Positions 51,151-62,666 of a DNA stretch of 64,000 bases are shown here, one piece after another. Source of the DNA: Octopus bimaculoides. Taxonomy: Eukaryota. Position 1 is the first letter of the stretch, and each line of letters begins with the position of its first letter. Where the stretch lies: positions 16,413,963 through 16,477,962 of the forward strand of contig NC_068984.1 in assembly GCF_001194135.2 (NCBI RefSeq), written 5' to 3'. A program made the position numbers and the translations under genes. The notes under the pieces are model-generated. The model had not been told where the DNA came from and made no database searches. It saw only the letters and a list, made by a program, of their open reading frames with translations.

Positions 51151-51664
51151 ATTAAATATATAATCATCACTGATGATAAGCGTTAAAAAATGGTTAGTAG
51201 ATGTAATATTGATGAAAAATATGTATAATATAATATATTGATTAAATGGTGTAGATGGATGTTGTCTTCTAAACGTGGCAATGCATTGGTATTTTACTAT
51301 TAATTTAATTAAGCACGTTCTCATAAATATATCATTGAAATTCTTATAATGATTTATAAAACTAAATTTGAGATAGTAATTACAACTTTAATGTACTTAG
51401 TTTTGATATAAAATATCTATAAATAGTATCTGGTAACGTTTAGGTTTTGCTTTTGTCTACAAGGTTTATATTGACCCTAGAATAACGCACAAATATTGAT
51501 GAATGTTACCACCCTCACCCTCACTCTCTCTCTCTTTCTCTCTATCTAGCTTTCTCTCTCACTCGCTTTAATCTCTCTCCCTATAACATCTATTTCGCCT
51601 TAACTACCACACCACCACCAATAAAAAGCCATCATGTATTACATATGCACAAATATATCAAACG

Positions 51665-51717
<53 letters not shown>

Positions 51718-52641
51718 NNNNNNNNNNNNNNNNNNNNNNNNNNNNNNNNNNNNNNNNNNNNNNNNNNNNNNNNNNNNNNNNNNNNNNNNNNNNNNNNNNN
51801 NNNNNNNNNNNNNNNNNNNNNNNNNNNNNNNNNNNNNNNNNNNNNNNNNNNNNNNNNNNNNNNNNNNNNNNNNNNNNNNNNNNNNNNNNNNNNNNNNNNN
51901 NNNNNNNNNNNNNNNNNNNNNNNNNNNNNNNNNNNNNNNNNNNNNNNNNNNNNNNNNNNNNNNNNNNNNNNNNNNNNNNNNNNNNNNNNNNNNNNNNNNN
52001 NNNNNNNNNNNNNNNNNNNNNNNNNNNNNNNNNNNNNNNNNNNNNNNNNNNNNNNNNNNNNNNNNNNNNNNNNNNNNNNNNNNNNNNNNNNNNNNNNNNN
52101 NNNNNNNNNNNNNNNNNNNNNNNNNNNNNNNNNNNNNNNNNNNNNNNNNNNNNNNNNNNNNNNNNNNNNNNNNNNNNNNNNNNNNNNNNNNNNNNNNNNN
52201 NNNNNNNNNNNNNNNNNNNNNNNNNNNNNNNNNNNNNNNNNNNNNNNNNNNNNNNNNNNNNNNNNNNNNNNNNNNNNNNNNNNNNNNNNNNNNNNNNNNN
52301 NNNNNNNNNNNNNNNNNNNNNNNNNNNNNNNNNNNNNNNNNNNNNNNNNNNNNNNNNNNNNNNNNNNNNNNNNNNNNNNNNNNNNNNNNNNNNNNNNNNN
52401 NNNNNNNNNNNNNNNNNNNNNNNNNNNNNNNNNNNNNNNNNNNNNNNNNNNNNNNNNNNNNNNNNNNNNNNNNNNNNNNNNNNNNNNNNNNNNNNNNNNN
52501 NNNNNNNNNNNNNNNNNNNNNNNNNNNNNNNNNNNNNNNNNNNNNNNNNNNNNNNNNNNNNNNNNNNNNNNNNNNNNNNNNNNNNNNNNNNNNNNNNNNN
52601 NNNNNNNNNNNNNNNNNNNNNNNNNNNNNNNNNNNNNNNNN

Positions 52642-53046
52642 GATTCATATTATTGTGTACCCAAGAACTGGTATAAAATTGCTCACGTGTTATTGACTCT
52701 CTTTCTATCTGCTGTAATATTTCACATACACACACATGTATCACTCACATACATACTTTTCTTTGTATGACGGCCTGTCTTTGATTATGTTATTATATGT
52801 CGCATTCACACTCTCACACAGACATACATCTTTAACGCCATAATAAATATCTCTGTTATTCATCTAATACGGTTGTGGTCTTTCATTACTGGTCATCTAT
52901 GTTATCGTCGCATAACATATCAAATATATCATCATTGATATATTATTGTGTTTTCGACCGTGTGACGCGTTTAAATAAAAGGAGTCCTCTGTTTTTCCAT
53001 CCGTCACCATTTCTCCTTTTATGAGTTCGCACGGTCGTTCCTTACA
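52642..53046 (+). mobile_element. LTR copy C (5' part in the gap)
   Basis: Homologous to copy D; ends CGTTCCTTACA; no PBS follows. Confidence 0.88.
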
Positions 53047-53358
53047 TATATATATGAAAATGACTGTTTTTTAAACAACGCACACATCTAAGTCTGTCGT
53101 AGGTCGACCAACACGTTGAAACGTAACTCCCATTTTGGAAAATTTCCCCCTGATGAAATATTCAATTAATCAGTTTCAATATGAAATTTCAAATTGAATT
53201 AATTTTATTTAACTTCTGTAATTGAACTAACTGGATATGGAAACGGCTGTAGGACAAGAATTTCATTATATGGATTTGAATATCTTTGAATAAATTGATG
53301 TCTGCATGTCAATTTCTCCATTTTCTTCCTTTTCTCATTCATAAATATTTTAAATACC

Positions 53359-53389
<31 letters not shown>

Positions 53390-53529
53390 GCAATACTAAT
53401 ATATTTAGTTTTCACTGAACACTGGTACAAACCGGAGAACAAGGATGCTAGCATCACTTAAAGGATTATAGGCCCTTGACACAATTGTGTGTATGTGTGT
53501 GTGTATGCGCATGTGCATGCGTGTGTATG

Positions 53530-53745
53530 TGCCTGTGTGTTTGTCCAGCCACCACTGTCTAACAACCAGTGTTAGTGTGTTTGCATCCCTCTAATATAGC
53601 GGTTCGGCACAAGTCATGGATGGAATAAGTAATAGGCTTTAAAAAATGAAAGTACTGGAGGTCGATTCATCCGACTAAAAGTTCTTCTAGGCGGTGCCCC
53701 AGCATGGCCGTAGTCTAATGACTGAAACAAGTAAGAGATAAAAGA
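53530..53745 (+). mobile_element. SINE family B tail
   Basis: ...GGCGGTGCCCCAGCATGGCCGTAGTCTAATGACTGAAACAAGTAAGAG. Confidence 0.75.
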
Positions 53746-53770
53746 TAAAAATTTTAAAAAGATGTAGTCT

Positions 53771-54861
53771 TGTAGTGAAACTACCTCCCGCCATTAGATA
53801 CAAACTACTATCGCCATTACATACAATCTTCTCATTTAAATATAAATAAATGCGAGCGTAGTAGAGAACCCATTCCTTGTCATCACGTGACTGATTATTA
53901 TTCGAATCGGCAACTTCTTCGAACCGTTCCCGCCAGGACGCAAACTGACCAATCACAGCCCTTAATAAGGTCACGTGATAGAGTATATTTCTGATATCTG
54001 GTGAGCCCCCTTAACGCTATAAATAGATCAACTCATACCCCACAAATTTGTCTCGGTCCAGTTTCTCTATAAAGACTGTTCCGTGTACCACACGACAGCA
54101 GCAGCAGTTCCAGCGACCACTTCAACAGCTTCGTCCAGCCAACGNNNNNNNNNNNNNNNNNNNNNNNNNNNNNNNNNNNNNNNNNNNNNNNNNNNNNNNN
54201 NNNNNNNNNNNNNNNNNNNNNNNNNNNNNNNNNNNNNNNNNNNNNNNNNNNNNNNNNNNNNNNNNNNNNNNNNNNNNNNNNNNNNNNNNNNNNNNNNNNN
54301 NNNNNNNNNNNNNNNNNNNNNNNNNNNNNNNNNNNNNNNNNNNNNNNNNNNNNNNNNNNNNNNNNNNNNNNNNNNNNNNNNNNNNNNNNNNNNNNNNNNN
54401 NNNNNNNNNNNNNNNNNNNNNNNNNNNNNNNNNNNNNNNNNNNNNNNNNNNNNNNNNNNNNNNNNNNNNNNNNNNNNNNNNNNNNNNNNNNNNNNNNNNN
54501 NNNNNNNNNNNNNNNNGACTCTCTTTCTCTCTGCTGTAATGACTCACACACATGTATCACTCACATACACACTTTTCTTTGTATGACGGCCTGTCTTTGA
54601 TTATGTTCTTATATGTCGCATTCACACTCTCACACAGACATACATCTTTAACGCTACAATAAATATCTCTGTTATTCATCTAATACGGTTGTGGTCTTTC
54701 ATTACTGGTCATCTATGTTATCGTCGCATAACATATCAAATATATCATCATTGATATATTATTTTGTGTTCGACCGTGTGACGCGTTTAAATAAAAGGAG
54801 TCCTCTGTTTTTCCATTCGTCACCATTTCTCCTTTTTGAGTTCGCACGGTCGTCCCTTAGA
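53771..54861 (+). mobile_element. Solo LTR copy D (Ty3/Gypsy-like)
   Basis: Starts TGTAGTG and ends CCTTAGA (TTACA in the sister copies). 4-bp TSD GTCT at 53767-53770 and 54862-54865; AATAAA at 54790-54795. Confidence 0.9.
53949..54023 (+). promoter_or_regulatory. LTR U3 pol II promoter motifs
   Basis: CCAAT at 53949-53953, E-box CACGTG at 53972-53977, TATAAA at 54018-54023. These are motifs only; activity is untested. Confidence 0.55.
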
Positions 54862-55629
54862 GTCTGCTTTTCCTTTCACTCGGATAAGACTGCTAACAGA
54901 TTTACCTAAACAATTGTCATTTCCATAATGCAAATGATCTTTTTTCCCCTCTCCTTTTAATAATAGTAAATGTGCTGCTCCTTGTTAAGTTTCCTATTAG
55001 CCGTCCACCGTACATTAAAACTAATCCACAAATGCGATGTTTCCAATCTCTGTGCAACATCAGCCCACTGGCCATTAGCTCATGCTCTTCCCCTCTTCTC
55101 CATACTGAACAAATATTTACACTAACACAGAAAAATTTGCAAACATTGATTAAACATAAACTATAATTAAAATCAAGATTATATTACTAGAAATAAACCA
55201 GTGATTATTCTGCAGAAAATTTTCAGACATAACGTCCATTTCTGTACTAATAAAATATGCATGTCAGAACAACACTGTATAGCCAATATATTTGAGTAGC
55301 ATTTTATATCAGCGCTTCTGGCTAACATAGATAATAATAACGAGTGGCTTTGTTTACAGGAGACTGGATGGATAAATTCTGATCGAGTTTACTAAGCCAG
55401 GAAGCCTTTTTTGTTTTTGAAATTTTCTTCGCAGATATATAGTTTGGCTTACTAATTCGGAAAATCCCATTTATTTCTTTTCTTTTCTTTTTTCCTTTCT
55501 TACTTTTAAGTTGTTTCAGTCATTAGACATCGGTCATGCTGGAGTACCGCCTTGAAGAACTTTTAATTGAATGAATCGATTCCAATGCTTTTTAAAAATT
55601 TCTTTTTTTAACTGGTACTTATTCTATCG

Positions 55630-55695
55630 GCCAAGATGTGGTAGCTACGAGAATTAAATATAAAGATTGTCCCTATTGCCATCGGAGCATGGGGG
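55630..55695 (+). pseudogene. Very short RLE-type LINE fragment inside a SINE
   Basis: AKMW*LRELNIKIVPIAIGAWG resembles the RLE motif xxMWxxxxxxxIPIVIGALG; it is only 22 codons. Confidence 0.4.
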
Positions 55696-55724
55696 ACAGA
55701 GACAAAGACACACACACACACATT

Positions 55725-55956
55725 TCAGTTTCCTTATTGCCCACAAGGGGCTAAACATAGAGAGGACAAACAAGGACAGACAAAGGGATTAAGTCGATTA
55801 CATCTATCCAGTGCGTAACTGGTACTTAATTTATCGAATCTGAACGGATAAAAGGCAAAGTCAACCTCGGCGGAATTTGAACTCAGAACGTAGCGGCAAA
55901 CGAAATGCCGCTAAGCATTTCGCCCGGCGTGCTAACGTTTCTGCCATCTCTCCGCC
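55725..55956 (-). mobile_element. SINE family A with L1/Tx1-like tail
   Basis: Near-identical in structure to 14664-14891. Confidence 0.88.
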
Positions 55957-56217
55957 TTTCAGTTTCTGTCTAGCAAATCTACAGGTAATACTCTGATCAG
56001 CCCAGGCCATAATAGAAGACACCTGCACAAAGTGCCACGCAGGGGGACTGAATCCCGAACTGTGGTTGGAAAGCAAGCAAGGAAGAAATCAGTGTTTGAA
56101 ATAACTATGCGTTTTTAAAAGCTAAAAGTTTTAAGAATTTTAACCAATCAGAACTCTCCATCATCAACATACTGGAAATTACGACTGCTATATTTTGATT
56201 TACGTATTATTAATTCC

Positions 56218-56960
56218 TCAAAATAATAATGATTTCAAATTTTGGCTCAGGGCCAGATATTTCGTAGGTGAGTCGATTACGTTAACCCAATGTTCAACTG
56301 GTATTTATCTTATTTCTTTACTGCCCACAAGGGGCTACACACAGAGGGGGAAAACAAGGACAGACAACCGGATTAAGTCGATTATATCAACCCCAATGCG
56401 TAACTGGTACTTATTTAATCGACCCCGAAAGGATCAAAGGCAAAGTCGACCTCGGCGGAATTTGAACTCAGAACGTAGCGGCAGACGGAATACTGCTAAG
56501 CATTTCGCCCGGCGTGCTAACGTTTCTGCCAGCTCGCCGCCTTAGCTGGTATTTATCGTATCGACTCCGAAAAGATGAAAGGCAAAGTCGACCTCGGTGG
56601 AATTTGAACTCAACGTAAAGACGGCCGAAATACCGCTAAGTATTTTTCCTGGTCTGCTAACGATACTGCCAGCATGCAGTCTTAATAATAATCTTTTCTT
56701 CTATAGGTACAAGGCTTGAAATTTCAGGGGAGAGAGTGAGTCAATTGCCTCGACCCCAGTGCATAAGTGGTACTTATTTAATCGCCCCCGTTGCCACTAG
56801 ACATTTCGTCCGGCGTGCTAACAATTCTGCCAGCACGCCGCCTTAATTACTACTAATAATAATAATCCTTTCTATTATAGGCACACGGCCTAGAATTTGC
56901 GAGAAGGGAGATAATCGAGACTACATGGACCCTAATACTTGACTGGTTCTTAATTTATGG
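56218..56960 (-). mobile_element. Head-to-tail cluster of 4-5 SINE family A copies
   Basis: Repeated core and head; the copy at 56310-56543 carries the L1/Tx1-like tail. Confidence 0.85.
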
Positions 56961-57518
56961 ATCCACTAGAAATTTGGTTCTCCCCGTTTGCTCGTTAGGC
57001 CTCTCCGAGTCTATAACCCGTACTCATTAACGTTTTTTTCCACAAGTTCTGAGCGTTTTCTCACGTCTGTATTCATATAGAAGAGTCTGACCAGCTGTCC
57101 ACAAGGCTTTGCTTTGTGGGTGCGAAACCTTGGGTAACTCTATATAAAATTTTGGCGTGATATATGTGTGTGTGCTTGTGTGTGTACCCCAACATGGCTG
57201 CAATCCAATAATGGAATCGGCTTGAAGTAACATATTTTGGGGAGGATGTAGTTGTTATAATCGATACTAGTACTTGATGGGATCAGGAAAAGTTCCTATC
57301 AAGTACTGATGGTGGCAGAATGACAGGAAAAGTTGATCTCAGTAAGGTGTGAAATCAGAAAGCAAAGGGCCGCAGCTACATACTACCTTTTACTGCAGTT
57401 AACACTATGAATTTTAACAAGGCACCCGGCTAGAAATGGTGCGGTGGATACCCAGCTAGTCTAATCGATCTCAATACTTGACATGAACATATTTTAACGA
57501 TCCCGGAAATATGTAAAG

Positions 57519-57800
57519 CATTGGTTCCCAAAGTGGGTGGTACTTCCCCCTGGGAGCGGCGGAAAGATCCAGCGGGGGACATTGAAGAAAAGTTGGGCGA
57601 TAATGGGGTGGCGATAATGGGGCGATGGATGTAAAAACAAATTAATGGGTTAATTAGATGAAGTTTTATTTGTGAAATTCAGTTGTTTTGAATTTGCTTC
57701 AGAAAGTGGTTTATATTTATGATAGCGAGTGGGGGTGGGCGCTAAGGATGTGGCCTTGGTGCCAAGGGATTGGCATCCCCAAAACCTTTGAGAACCACTG
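57519..57800. mobile_element. hAT/Charlie-like MITE (282 bp) inserted in a decayed SINE A
   Basis: Left CATTGGTTCCCAAAG; right reverse complement CAGTGGTTCTCAAAG. TSD ATGTAAAG (57511-57518) / ATGTAAAA (57801-57808). Confidence 0.88.
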
Positions 57801-58329
57801 ATGTAAAATTACGGAACTAAATACTGCACAGAATTTTGTTCTTTAATCTAATGTTCATTTGTTTGTTTGTTTTGGGTTGTTTTTTTGTTTTGTTTTTTCG
57901 AATTGCCACTTGTTTACATCATTGACTTTAAATTATAGCAGTTAATGTTATATGTTAAATATTGTTGGATTCGGTATCCCTGTGCTTTAGTGATAAAGAC
58001 AAATTTAATTAAGAGCTTCAATAACATCTAAAAGATTTCCAGCTTTTCCTAGATTTAAGCAGAGTTTCGTTCGACAAAATCACTACTTTAATAAGAATAA
58101 ACTTTTCTTGTACAGCACAAAATGAAAATGACGAGGGGTAGAGGTCACAAAATGTGTGTAAGGGAAGCTTTACATTGAAATCGCATCAATGAAGCAAGGA
58201 AAACAACAAAGAGAAAATATATGTGCTGAAGTCAGACTCTAGGGACAATCTAAAAAAACAACTACTCACAGATCTAAGATTATTCTATCAAGAACAAATG
58301 ACTTCTTCCAAGTAACATTCTTCGAACAA

Positions 58330-58450
58330 TACGGGGGTGGGCAAAAGTAGGTATACATTTACTTATTATGAGTGTAGTATTATTTTCATTTCTTTATTTC
58401 TTTTTATAATTCATTAAGCAACTGTGTACCTACTTTTGCCCACAGTTCTA
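58330..58450. mobile_element. Short Tc1/mariner-like MITE
   Basis: 17-bp perfect IR GTGGGCAAAAGTAGGTA at 58337-58353 and 58427-58443; TA at both outer ends. Confidence 0.75.
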
Positions 58451-58875
58451 GGTTCGTTCGCTCAGGCTACGCTGACTACACTCACCTTCCAACAAATTCC
58501 ATAGAGGATAGCATTTCCTTTTCTGCATTTTATGTTTCTTAGAAAAACTTGTAAAAAAAAAAATCGATGAGATTTGGTCAAAGAGGAAAGTATCTATCCT
58601 TAGTTCTTTCTACATAACTATACCCACCAAGCAGGAAAACCGTAAAGCCTGATCGATAGACCCTTCAATGTAAGCTATTTTCCCTTCACACAACCAGTTA
58701 TCTACTATCTTCGCAACTGTTTTCAGTTTTTATCATCACTTCTTTTCCGCCAGGTGTCGCAACAGGCAGTCTCTAGCAGTGGCGGCTCATGTATAGGAAC
58801 TGTGGAACTGCAGCACCCCCTATTTCGACTCGATATTATCAATAACATTCAATATAATAAGTCTTTTTTTTCTTT

Positions 58876-58966
58876 AATTCTTTCTTTATACTTGTACATT
58901 ATATAATTCTTTCTTTATACTTGTACATTATATAATTCTTCCTTTATACTTGTACATTATATAATT
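58876..58966. repeat. 29-bp tandem repeat x3
   Basis: AATTCTTTCTTTATACTTGTACATTATAT at 58876, 58905 and 58934. Confidence 0.95.
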
Positions 58967-59250
58967 GTAACGGTTGAGATTACCAGTTGTAAGCGATAAA
59001 AGATTTGTTTTTGTAGCGATGCCTGTTATGGTGCAACGTCGGGATCGCCAGTTTGTAACGGTTGGTTCTTGGGAAGGCTGCAATTCTCTTGTTCGGGGTC
59101 ACCAATTGTAAGCGGTTAAGTTTTTAGTTGAAGTCGAGGGTCACCAGTTGTAACGGTTAGGTTTTCATTAATGTAGTTACCAATTGTAACGGGTAAGATT
59201 GATTAGGTACACAATATTATGAAATGTCGGAGTCAGCAGTCGTAACGATA
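58963..59250 (-). repeat. Array of about 7 LTR-end/tRNA-Trp PBS junction motifs with variable spacers
   Basis: Minus consensus CCG(C)TTACA-AY-TGGTGACCCCGAC. Plus-strand CCA-equivalent positions end at 58985, 59050, 59104, 59146, 59182 and 59238. Confidence 0.8.
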
Positions 59251-59449
59251 AAAATTTGTTGTTACAACGGCATGTTGTAGGATGTGAAAGATGAACAATG
59301 CATGAAGTTTTGAGGAAATATTTATTTACCGTTACGTTACAATACCTTGCGTCGACGGGCAGGTTATAAATCCAAAAGCATGCGAAGTAAAGTTTGTGTT
59401 TGTGTTCTCTTCATTGTTTAGTAGTAATTACACAGAGAGATAGAATGAT

Positions 59450-59550
59450 ACATTATTTACACTATTTACATTATTTACATTCGACGGATATTTGTCCTCA
59501 TCTTGTTTGTTGCCCGTGGGCCGAGTTCGATTCCAAGTAGTGACCTGAAC

Positions 59551-59599
<49 letters not shown>

Positions 59600-59770
59600 T
59601 CGAAAAATACCTTAGAAATGAGAACCCAGGTTCGAAATTTCCCCAAGACACCTGAAGAAGGCTGGAGGCTGTATCAGCCGAAACGTTGTGTTAACAACAA
59701 ACAAGATGAGGACAAACATCCGTCAAATGTAAATAATGTACTTAACTCTTCATCTCTCGAATATAGAACC
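59450..59770 (+). mobile_element. Penelope-like mini-insertion (pLTR plus inverted partial pLTR)
   Basis: 13-bp TSD GAGATAGAATGAT at 59437-59449 and 59771-59783. Inverted arms at 59467-59512 and 59695-59740 (44/46). Contains the hammerhead motif. Confidence 0.88.
59647..59692 (+). ncRNA. Minimal type I hammerhead ribozyme (Penelope-type)
   Basis: GACAC-CTGAAGA-A-GGCTG-(10 nt)-CAGCC-GAA-ACGT-T-GTGTT. Stems I and II pair, stem III is the ACGU palindrome, and the predicted cleavage site is GUU after 59687. Confidence 0.85.
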
Positions 59771-61154
59771 GAGATAGAATGATGTTGCAAGAGAACAGGA
59801 TTAGAGCTAGTGAGAGTTGTAGGGTTGTGGGACGTTGCCTCACAGTTGCTGGCAGTAAACTTCATTTCTCCCTCTGACCAAGGTTCTAGCTGGTCAGCCA
59901 GACTTCGTTCTCACTGAGTTGTCACCGAAGCGACTAACTCGTTGAGTCATCACCAAGTGACTGAACTATCTTTTTGCTTGGGGTTTATGCTTTTACAACT
60001 CTCCAGAAGGATAGACATATCGTTGAGAACAATGGGCTTCGTTGGTGATACTGTGATATCTCTATTCTAGCTTTTGGTGAAGTAGAAGAGGTTAGAAAGG
60101 GTTAAGTGGTGAAGACATTATTTCAACCTAGCAAAAGGCAGTCTGGCAAATGTAAAATTGTTGTCAGAGAAAAACCATTATTCCACTGTGAGAAAAGTTC
60201 TATTGAACTGTTAATTTAAATTTGGCTATGGTGGATCGAATCCACTTCATGCCTGCAAGATCCTACATAATCCTTAAGCTTAATGTCAGTAGCCTTCCCC
60301 TAGTTTATGAAAAAAATACAAAAATCCTTGTATAGAACAGTGCTCTTCACAGTTCAGCGGCGCAGTGTTTGGCTGTTATGCGCATGCTCACATGTCCGAG
60401 ATAGGAAGTTTCATGGTGGTGGTGGTGGTGGTGGTACTGCTGCTGGTGATGACACTGTTGCTGCTTTTAATTTCTTGCCATCATAGTGTGATGTCAATGT
60501 TGTACGAGACGTTGTCTTGGCAATGACGTCAAACTTTGTAGTTGCCATGGCCGTAACAATACTGACTGTAGTCAGGCCGAAAGTTTCAAATCTCTTCTCT
60601 CATTCTCTATCTATCTGTCTATCTATCTATTTATCTATTTATGTCTATCTCTCTCTCTGTATTGTCTGTATCTTATCTCTCATTTTCCTCCGCCGCGAAC
60701 ATTATAGTGGCATTCTTGGATCCATATTTAGCGAAAGTATTGCAGAAATACCCAACCTAAAAATTTGTCATTTTTCCCCAAATTTCATTTGAATTCTTCG
60801 GTTTTCAAAAACGAAGTTACGACTTTACAAAAAAAAAAAAAAAAAAAAAGAGAGAGAGAGAAGTAAAACAGCTTTTCAAAATTTTTAATTTCCTCACCAT
60901 ACACTTGAAATTTTATCTTTTTTTAATTTTTTGCTTTAATTTTACATTTGAATATACAGAGATTACGATCTTGAGAAAAAATAAAATTTGTTTCGAAATT
61001 TCAATTTTTTAAAAAATTAATAACACCTGGATTTCAGAAAAAACATATCCATCTCGATCCAAATCTTTTGGAAGTTTTAAAAATTGTCCGTTAATTGCAT
61101 GTGTACAGGACAACAACCATTAGCCAAATGCTCCCCAAAACAGACACAAACGTG

Positions 61155-61370
61155 TGTGTTTGGTAAGAAGCTTGCTTCCCAGCCATATGGTTCCGGGTTT
61201 GTTTGTTTGTTTATGTCCCCATAACATTGCGGTTCAACAAAGAGACTGAAAAATAAGTGCCAGGCTTTACAGAAATAAGTACTGGGCTCAAGTCATTCGA
61301 TAAAACCCTTCAAAGTGGTACCCCAGCATAGTAACAGTCTTTTGACTGAAACAGATTAAAAGATAAAAGA
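61155..61370 (+). mobile_element. SINE family B, internally deleted
   Basis: Partial head joined to the tail. Confidence 0.7.
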
Positions 61371-61479
61371 TACACCCATACATAAATAAATAAATACATA
61401 CCTACATATATACATACATACGCACGTATGTACGTACAAACAGCACGTGTATAAAAACGTTTTGCTAGTGACCTTCTCT

Positions 61480-61768
61480 TCTTTTGGCCCTTCTAAAGCC
61501 TAGCCAGGCTCATGGGCCCGGTTTCCCGGTTTCTATGGCGTATGTGTTCCCCGCAGCTGGACGGGACGCCAGTCCATCGCAGCGTTACTCAAGAAACAGA
61601 AAGAAAGAGTGAGAGAAAGTTGGGGCGAAAGAGTACAACAGGGGTCGCTACCACACCCTGCCAGAGCCTCGTGGAGCTTTAGGTGTTTTCGCTCCATAAA
61701 CACTCAACGCCCGGTCTGGGAATCGAAACTGCGAGTCCGCTGCCCTAACCACTGGGCCATTGCACCTC
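61480..61768 (-). mobile_element. SINE with family C head and a V-domain-like 3' half
   Basis: Head and body match family C, but the 3' part reads CTGCGATGGACTGGCGTCCCGTCC...AGAAACCGGG on the minus strand. Confidence 0.8.
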
Positions 61769-62666
61769 CACAGTAACCTTCTAGCATCTAAGTTATTTCA
61801 TCTCTTCGGAGTGTTCCAATCTTTCCAGACTGTTTACCATCTTCAAGACATTTTACCAATTTCTCGAATTTTCTTTCTCTCCCAGAATTTGACCTTCACA
61901 AATATTTTTCTCTCATATTCAAATTTTTTGCATCAAGAACTCTTTTTTCCAACCCTTCTCTCTTTGTTTCACAAACGCACACCTGAAGAAAACTATTTTC
62001 CGTCTATACTTTTTTGCTCATACACATACACACACATATGTAATACCTTCCACCTTACACCAGCCCACAGCACTTCTGTAACATTTTCATTCACTTATAG
62101 ACACGCTCTCCCTCTCCCTCTCTCACACACACACACCCTTCCTCTCACTACTCACGTTACACTCACCAACATCCTCCATTCCTCCTAATCAACGCCACCA
62201 TATTTCTCCATATCTTTACACATACATACACCACACCAACTCATATGAACACATCATTGTTTCTTACGCTCGCTCCAGACTCGTAAACACTGATATATGT
62301 ATTCTACACGCCTGCGCTTCTCAGCTCCCTATATAGAACAGCATTCTCCCTGTTTCTAACCATTCACCGTCCTCTTACGACTCTTTCCCCACTTAATTTT
62401 TTTTTTTAATGTTGTAGTACTTTTTTCCTTTTATGCACTCACTATCTCTCTGCTCCCTCTCTCTTTGCTTCTCCTTCAACTTTCCTTTCTGATAAACGAC
62501 AAATTTTCAAAACGTAAAAGACACTCATTTCTCTCAAGTATGAGCCAACTAGTGAAGGTATTCTTATACAGTGCCGAGTAACTTGAAATCTATTTGGACT
62601 TACTAAATTCTATGCATCTATGCATGAGAATGAATGAACGAGTAAGTGGTAGAGAGATATGATGCT

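Noticed and set aside
53145-53195. CTGATGA-A-ATATT...AATAT-GAAATTTC hammerhead-like string
   Set aside because: Stem II is AT-only, and there is no valid stem III/NUH or stem I pairing.
52642-54861. LTR C and LTR D as the two ends of one element
   Set aside because: No PBS follows C, D has its own GTCT TSD on both sides, and the spacer contains ordinary SINE and microsatellite sequence.
58777-58830. CAGTGGCGGCTC, a possible hAT left end upstream of the PBS array
   Set aside because: I found no matching right TIR or TSD in the window, so I cannot say the array lies inside a DNA transposon.
61760-62188. 142-aa plus-strand ORF
   Set aside because: Pyrimidine-rich low-complexity sequence starting inside a SINE; no domain.
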